From the NCBI RefSeq assembly GCF_009914755.1, contig NC_060941.1: 64,000 nucleotides of DNA. One strand, written 5' to 3'. Under the pieces are notes generated by a model. That model was not told the origin of the DNA and searched no databases. It saw only the letters and a program-made list of their open reading frames with translations. Every line of letters starts with the position of its first letter. Positions within the stretch are counted from its first letter, which is position 1. This DNA comes from the human T2T-CHM13v2.0 reference genome, Homo sapiens. Below, one piece after another: positions 57,619 to 64,000 of this stretch. The position numbers were made by a program, and so were the translations under genes.

Positions 57619-58838
57619 CTAGAGCATAATCATTGGCTATCTTAAAAATATACTCTGATGCCAGGTGTGGTAGCTCACACCTATAATCTCAGACTTTTGG
57701 GAGGCCGAGGTGAAAAGATCCCTTGAACCCAGGAGTTCGAGACCAGCCTGAGTAACATAGTAACAAACCCTATCTATACAAAAAATACAAAAATTAGCTA
57801 GGCATGGTGGTGCACACCTGTAGTCCCAGCTACTTAGGAGTCTGAGGTAGGAGGATCACCTGAGCTCGGGAGGTCGAGGCTGTGGTAAGCCATGATCACA
57901 CCACTGGGCAATCCAGCCTGGGTGACACAGCAAGACCCTTTCTCTAAACAAAACAAAACACTCTGGGCTGGGAATGGTGGTGGCTCATGCCTGTAGTACC
58001 ATCACTTTATGAGGCTGAGGCGGGAGGATTGCTTGAGCTCAGGAGGTTGAGGATGCAGTGAGCCAAGATTGCACCACTGCACTCTAGCCAAGGTGACAGA
58101 GCAAGACCTTATCTCAAACAAACAAAAACCACAGACACACACACTCACTCTGGTCACTTTGGCAGGGTTATTTTCATTAAAATTTATGTTATCTCTCAAC
58201 TCCCAGGATCCTAGTCAGGTCTGTGGTTTTCTGATCCTTGAGCCCAGAAACCCACCTTAAGTTGTTACAAACACTAAGATCATTAGCATTATTTATTTTA
58301 ATTCACAGACCTTAGATGAGAAGAAACTGGATATCTGATCTAGTTCATCCTCATTTCTTGCCACATGTTCTCTCCATGATATGTGCCAAGGGGCAGTCTA
58401 GCTTGAATATCCCACTGATGATGTGAGACTTACTGTTTCCTGAGGCATTCATTTAATCTCTGAGTACTTGGGCACTCCCTATGTATAACTTCTCAAGCCT
58501 TCCTGAATGCACTCTTATCTCTGCAAATTGTGATAATGAGTCAAAGCAATTTCTGGTGTCATCCTTTCTGGCTTGACTGAAGAATCACAAATACTCCTTT
58601 TATTGGCATTGTTACCAAGTTCTACCAGAGTGGCCAAGTGTATCTGCTTGTTTAAGCAGGGAGAGGAATTCATGCTAAAATTCATCTCTAAAGGAAGATA
58701 CCTTGGCATTCATTACTAAAGGTGACTGATTGAGAAAGGACCTTGTGGTTTGGGATGGAAGATGAGTACAGAGGAGTTTCTGACTCTAGGTGGTTCTGAG
58801 GTTATGTATAAAGCCAAGGTGACACTTCCTTGTTTTGA

Positions 58839-59503
<665 letters not shown>

Positions 59504-59937
59504 TAGTAGAGACGGGGTTTCTCCATGGTGGTCAGGCTGGTCTCGAACTCCCAACCTCAGGTGATCCACACGGCTCGGCCTCCCAAAGTGTTGGAATTAC
59601 AGGCGTGAGCCACTGCGCCCGGCCAAGACCTATTTTCTATCAGTATCCAAGTCTTAGGATATCGTCACTCAAAACAGAGATGATGTCTTCTCAGAGAATT
59701 TAGTGCTGTATTTTTCATACTGTCATCTCCAGCCAAGCCACCCTGGAAATCTATGTATAAATACATAAAATACTAAATTATGAGAATTAAGTTATAGCTT
59801 AGCACAATCTTGATATCAGAGATCAGAACTTAGAACTCACAGAAAATTTCAGAAGCAGTTGTCTGCTTTCTGCATTCTGATCCATGGCTAGAGACAGAGG
59901 ACTCAATTGCCACTTCTGAATTAATGCCTCCCTTTAG

Positions 59938-60147
<210 letters not shown>

Positions 60148-61433
60148 TAGGCTGGTCCTGAACTCCTGGACTGAAATGATCTGCCTGCCTCGGCCTCCCA
60201 AAGTGCTGGGATTACTGCACTTTGCAGTGAGTCACTGCACCTGGCTCGTTTCCTTATTTGTATTCATTTTTTTATCTTACCATTTGAAGGTGTTGGTAAA
60301 TAACGGACACCAAAAAGGAGGCAAGCAAGTAATGAGGCCTGAAGATTACTGAAGACCCACCACCTGGAAAGTCCAACTCAGTGGTTCTTAGGTGTTCGGG
60401 AGGGGCTCACTGAAGTCTCGACCTCCAGGGCTGAAGCAGTGCTACCGCCTCAGTCTCCCGAGTGGCTGGGACTACAGGGTGCACCACCATGCCTAGCTAA
60501 TTTAATTTTTTGTAGAGATGGGGTTTTGCTATGTTGGCCAGACTAGTCTCGATCTCTTGGCCTCAAGTGATCCTCCCACCTCAGTCTCTCAAAGTGCTGG
60601 TATTGCAGGTGAGAGCCACTGTGCCCCGCCTATTGTTTGGTTTTGTTGTTTGTTTCTTGCTTCCTCAAACTCATAACTTGCCATTTTGTTCAAGGGCCAC
60701 CCATTCACAGAACAGTGTGCCTGGGGCTCCTCCAGCTGGCTTCACACAATTAGCTATTTACCAAAGCAGAATTCACCTGTGTGATTCTTGAATCATTAGG
60801 CTAAAGGACAGGGCCATCCAAATCTTTCCTGCTTGAACAGAAATTACACTTTCTCAGCACAAAACAGGCATTTCAGCCCTAGTCTTCAAGTAGTAATGGG
60901 AAAATCAGAGAATGTTCTTGGGATATGCAGTGGGTGCATCTGGCACAAGGGCCACGGAAGAGAAATACTTTAGGGTTCGGGTCACTAGAGTTCAGGGTTC
61001 AAAGGAATTAATGGAACGTGAACTGGGGCTGATTCTGCCATTCTTCTGACTGTAACTACAAAGTTTATACATTTCTCTCCCTGGAAAACTTTCTTTCCTA
61101 TCAAAAGGGAAAGGAAAACCAACCACTATTTCTCCAAAAGCTATTCTCTTGAAGAACCAGAATCTTGCATTATCTGGATAGTTTCTAGAGAAACTATGCA
61201 GATTTTCACCCTTAGGGACTCTTTAAGCCTTAGGGTTTAAAAACCACTAGGCTGCTTCCCATTTTGCAGGGCAACTGGGACTACGGGACCCTAATTAACT
61301 GAAATCCTCACTGTACCAGATGTGGAGGGCAGCTGGTGGTAGCGGATGGCCAGATGGCAGTAAATCTCCCTCACCAAGGCTTACACCAAGGCTGTTGTTC
61401 ACCGGCAGTAGAGCAGCTTAATTTCAGTTCCTT

Positions 61434-61439
61434 TTTATT
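61434..61439 (-). terminator. ABHD15: Candidate ABHD15 poly(A) signal AATAAA
   Basis: TTTATT on the + strand about 2 kb downstream of the ABHD15 stop. Confidence 0.6.
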
Positions 61440-61520
61440 TATCCTGCTTAGAAACGGCAAAAGAACGTCAGATGAGGAATATGGAGGAGGAGAAACAAGA
61501 AGTGGGGAGAAGGGAGATAA

Positions 61521-61824
<304 letters not shown>

Positions 61825-63431
61825 AGGAGGGAGATAATTTTTCACAACAAGATAATGTCCCTTAGATTATCGAGTGCTGTCTACATTTCAGTGCAGATTC
61901 TTGGAGTTATTTCAAAGTTTCTTCTGATTTGATCTAGAAGAACAAGATCTAGAATCTGGGGCAAGATTATCCAAACCTGAAATCAAGGCCTCAGGAATAC
62001 CTTATACCAAGTCTTGGAATGTGGGTTTTCGTATAAGCAGCTCTCTTCTTTACAACAGCTTTGCTGTTTTTGAGGTCAGAACAGGAGCCCTCTTTCTCAA
62101 TGACGATTAAAATAAAACTTCAGGGCAAAGTTTTTGAATCTTAGCAACACATGGAAACATATGTCCTGTTGCCAAAAAAATTTTAATTGCCTAATCCAAA
62201 CCAGAATATTTAGATCAACCTGTATACTATATATTATCTCTGATATACTATATCTCTAGTCCTCAGCATTATTCTTCATAAAACCAAATACCCACTTATT
62301 TGCTGAGTGGCCAGATCTAAGAGGAAGCTTTTCTGCCTTTACAGGGATGGCCTTTTGAATAATTGAGCAGACGAAGCATTGGAATATGAAATATTTGTAA
62401 ATCACTGGTCAGCTCTAGTCAACCTCTTGGTGCTTTTGTTTCCTCTGGTCCCAGATGTGTCTCCTGGCTCTGGAAAGGGAGAGGCCAGTAGTAGGATCAG
62501 AAAAGGGAGCAACCAACCAGAAAACACCTAAGTTATGAGGTTTGTGCTTTTCCTGACTTAGAGAAAGTCCATATCTCAGGAGATAAACAGTTCTGGCTGC
62601 AGCTCTCTGGAGTAATCCCCTGAAATGGTGCCAGAGGGAGCATGTAGGGTAGCCAAGATTCTGACTCCTTGAACCATGGTCTAGCAAAGCCCTCAGATCC
62701 TGCATGAGAGCGCTTCCTATTTGTAAAATACCCTTGGGATCTCTCCAGTGAGGCTTGGGGGCCAGATCAGCCCCATTCCTAGCTGAGACTTGCAGAGCTC
62801 CTCTGAGAGATTGGAACTTCGCATTCCTTGAGATGGACATTCACATTCTCTACCTGCTCAGCCCTCAGCGAGCCAGCCCCACTGCCTCTGCCGCCCTTCT
62901 CACACACACAAGCCTGCTGCCGCAGTTGCCAGAGCATTCGGTCAAAGCAGGGCGCCACAACCACAGAGCAAATGAGGGAAGTGGGGCCGAGACACAAACA
63001 TCCTGTCCTCATGACATCAAATGGCTCCAGCTTGAGAATCGGGGTCACTGCCCAGTGACATACACAAACGTCTCATCCCTCTAGCCACTGCCAGTAAGAG
63101 GGCATTTTCTCCTGAGTCCATGGATTGAAAAAGTGCTATCCTTTGGCTTGTGATGTCAGTGACAGGTGACAGTGACTGGAACGCGCCGCTGCTGACCGGA
63201 TGAGTAGGGATATGTTGAGCAGAGGCCAGGCAGGAGTTCTGCTGAGGATGAAGTGAGTGCAGGCTCGCAGGACGTTCCTTCTCTTTCAAGGCACCAATTT
63301 AAGAGAGAGGGACTGAATGAGGAGCACAGAGCTGGAGCTCCCTCTGTTCAGTCCGCCCCATCTTTCCAGGACTCCCCCTTGCCCAGCTCTGTTTTTCTTT
63401 GCAGGACTTGGGGGTTCTCAGGCCAGGTCTC

Positions 63432-63957
63432 TCACCTTGTGTATGATCGCTTCCAGTTAAAGATCTCCTCCAGGTTGGAAGAGGAAGAGACTTCCCGCCT
63501 CTGCAAGGCTCCCCCACGACGACGGCCCCCAAGGAAGGAAGCTCTGTGCCTGCTCAGCCCTTTAATCCTCTCCTCCGTTCGGAAGAACTCAGTCAAGGCC
63601 CGGAAGGACTCCAAGATGACCTCATGGCTCCAGGCTGGCAAGGGCTCCTGGCGCAGGAAGCCACAGTGGCCTCCGTGGCGACTGAGCAGGAGGAAGAAGT
63701 AGGGGTTGCTGTGGAAGAGTTCAGTTGTCAGAGTGTGGTCTGGGGGTCCACACACGGGGTCGTCAGCACTGCAGATACACAGCACAGGCACGGCTGCCTC
63801 ATCGACATCCCGGAGCGGGTCGTTGCGGTCCCAGTAGGCATCCCAGCTGATGGGGAAGCTTTTGGTGTGGCAGAAGAGAGCCTCCTCAAACTCTCGAAGG
63901 GAACGGCTCCTGAACAGTCTGCTGGTGTCCACAGTGTCCTCCAGGGCTGTGGCATAC
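63432..63957 (-). CDS. ABHD15: ABHD15 terminal coding exon (alpha/beta-hydrolase domain-containing protein 15, C-terminal approx. 174 aa)
   Basis: - strand acceptor (pyrimidine tract ...ctgccag|G TAT GCC). Translates YATALEDTVDTSRLFRSRSLREFEEALFC...SADDPVC...HGGHCGF...NWKRSYTR*; DDP and GGHxGF motifs are typical of the ABHD1/2/3/15 (YheT-like) family. Confidence 0.95.
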
Positions 63958-64000
63958 CTGGCAGCGAGGTGTTTAGTGGGGAAGGTGGGAAAGAGAGGGA

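Noticed and set aside
62415-63702. ORFs of 109-149 aa in or antisense to the ABHD15 last exon
   Set aside because: No recognisable protein features; several start at GTG/TTG; explained by GC-rich UTR or antisense to coding sequence.

Overview
Primate DNA, almost certainly human chr17q11.2. The + strand carries the last eight coding exons of TAOK1 (about aa 402-1001, exons 13-20 of 20), all joined by phase-0 GT-AG introns. They are followed by an approximately 8.9-kb repeat-poor 3'UTR ending at AATAAA 52769. After about 8.6 kb of intergenic sequence, the last exon of ABHD15 lies convergently on the - strand. Introns and the intergenic region are very Alu-dense and also contain a full-length antisense SVA with a 17-bp TSD, plus old L1, L2, MIR, MER2 and MER91 fragments. 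Nearly all ORFs in the supplied track are Alu or SVA artefacts. I see no new gene system. The most notable features are: (i) a 36-nt tailless U2 snRNA retrocopy with a perfect 16-bp TSD inside the TAOK1 3'UTR; (ii) a canonical-looking upstream 3' splice site that would make exon 19 a PTC/NMD poison exon, about 200 nt from the SVA's G-rich end; (iii) a 33-nt-period WGHP repeat in the TAOK1 tail; (iv) an old non-retrotranspositional local copy of a nested AluSp; and (v) candidate intronic terminal exons. Gene identities and exon numbering come from recalled protein sequences, not from a database search.
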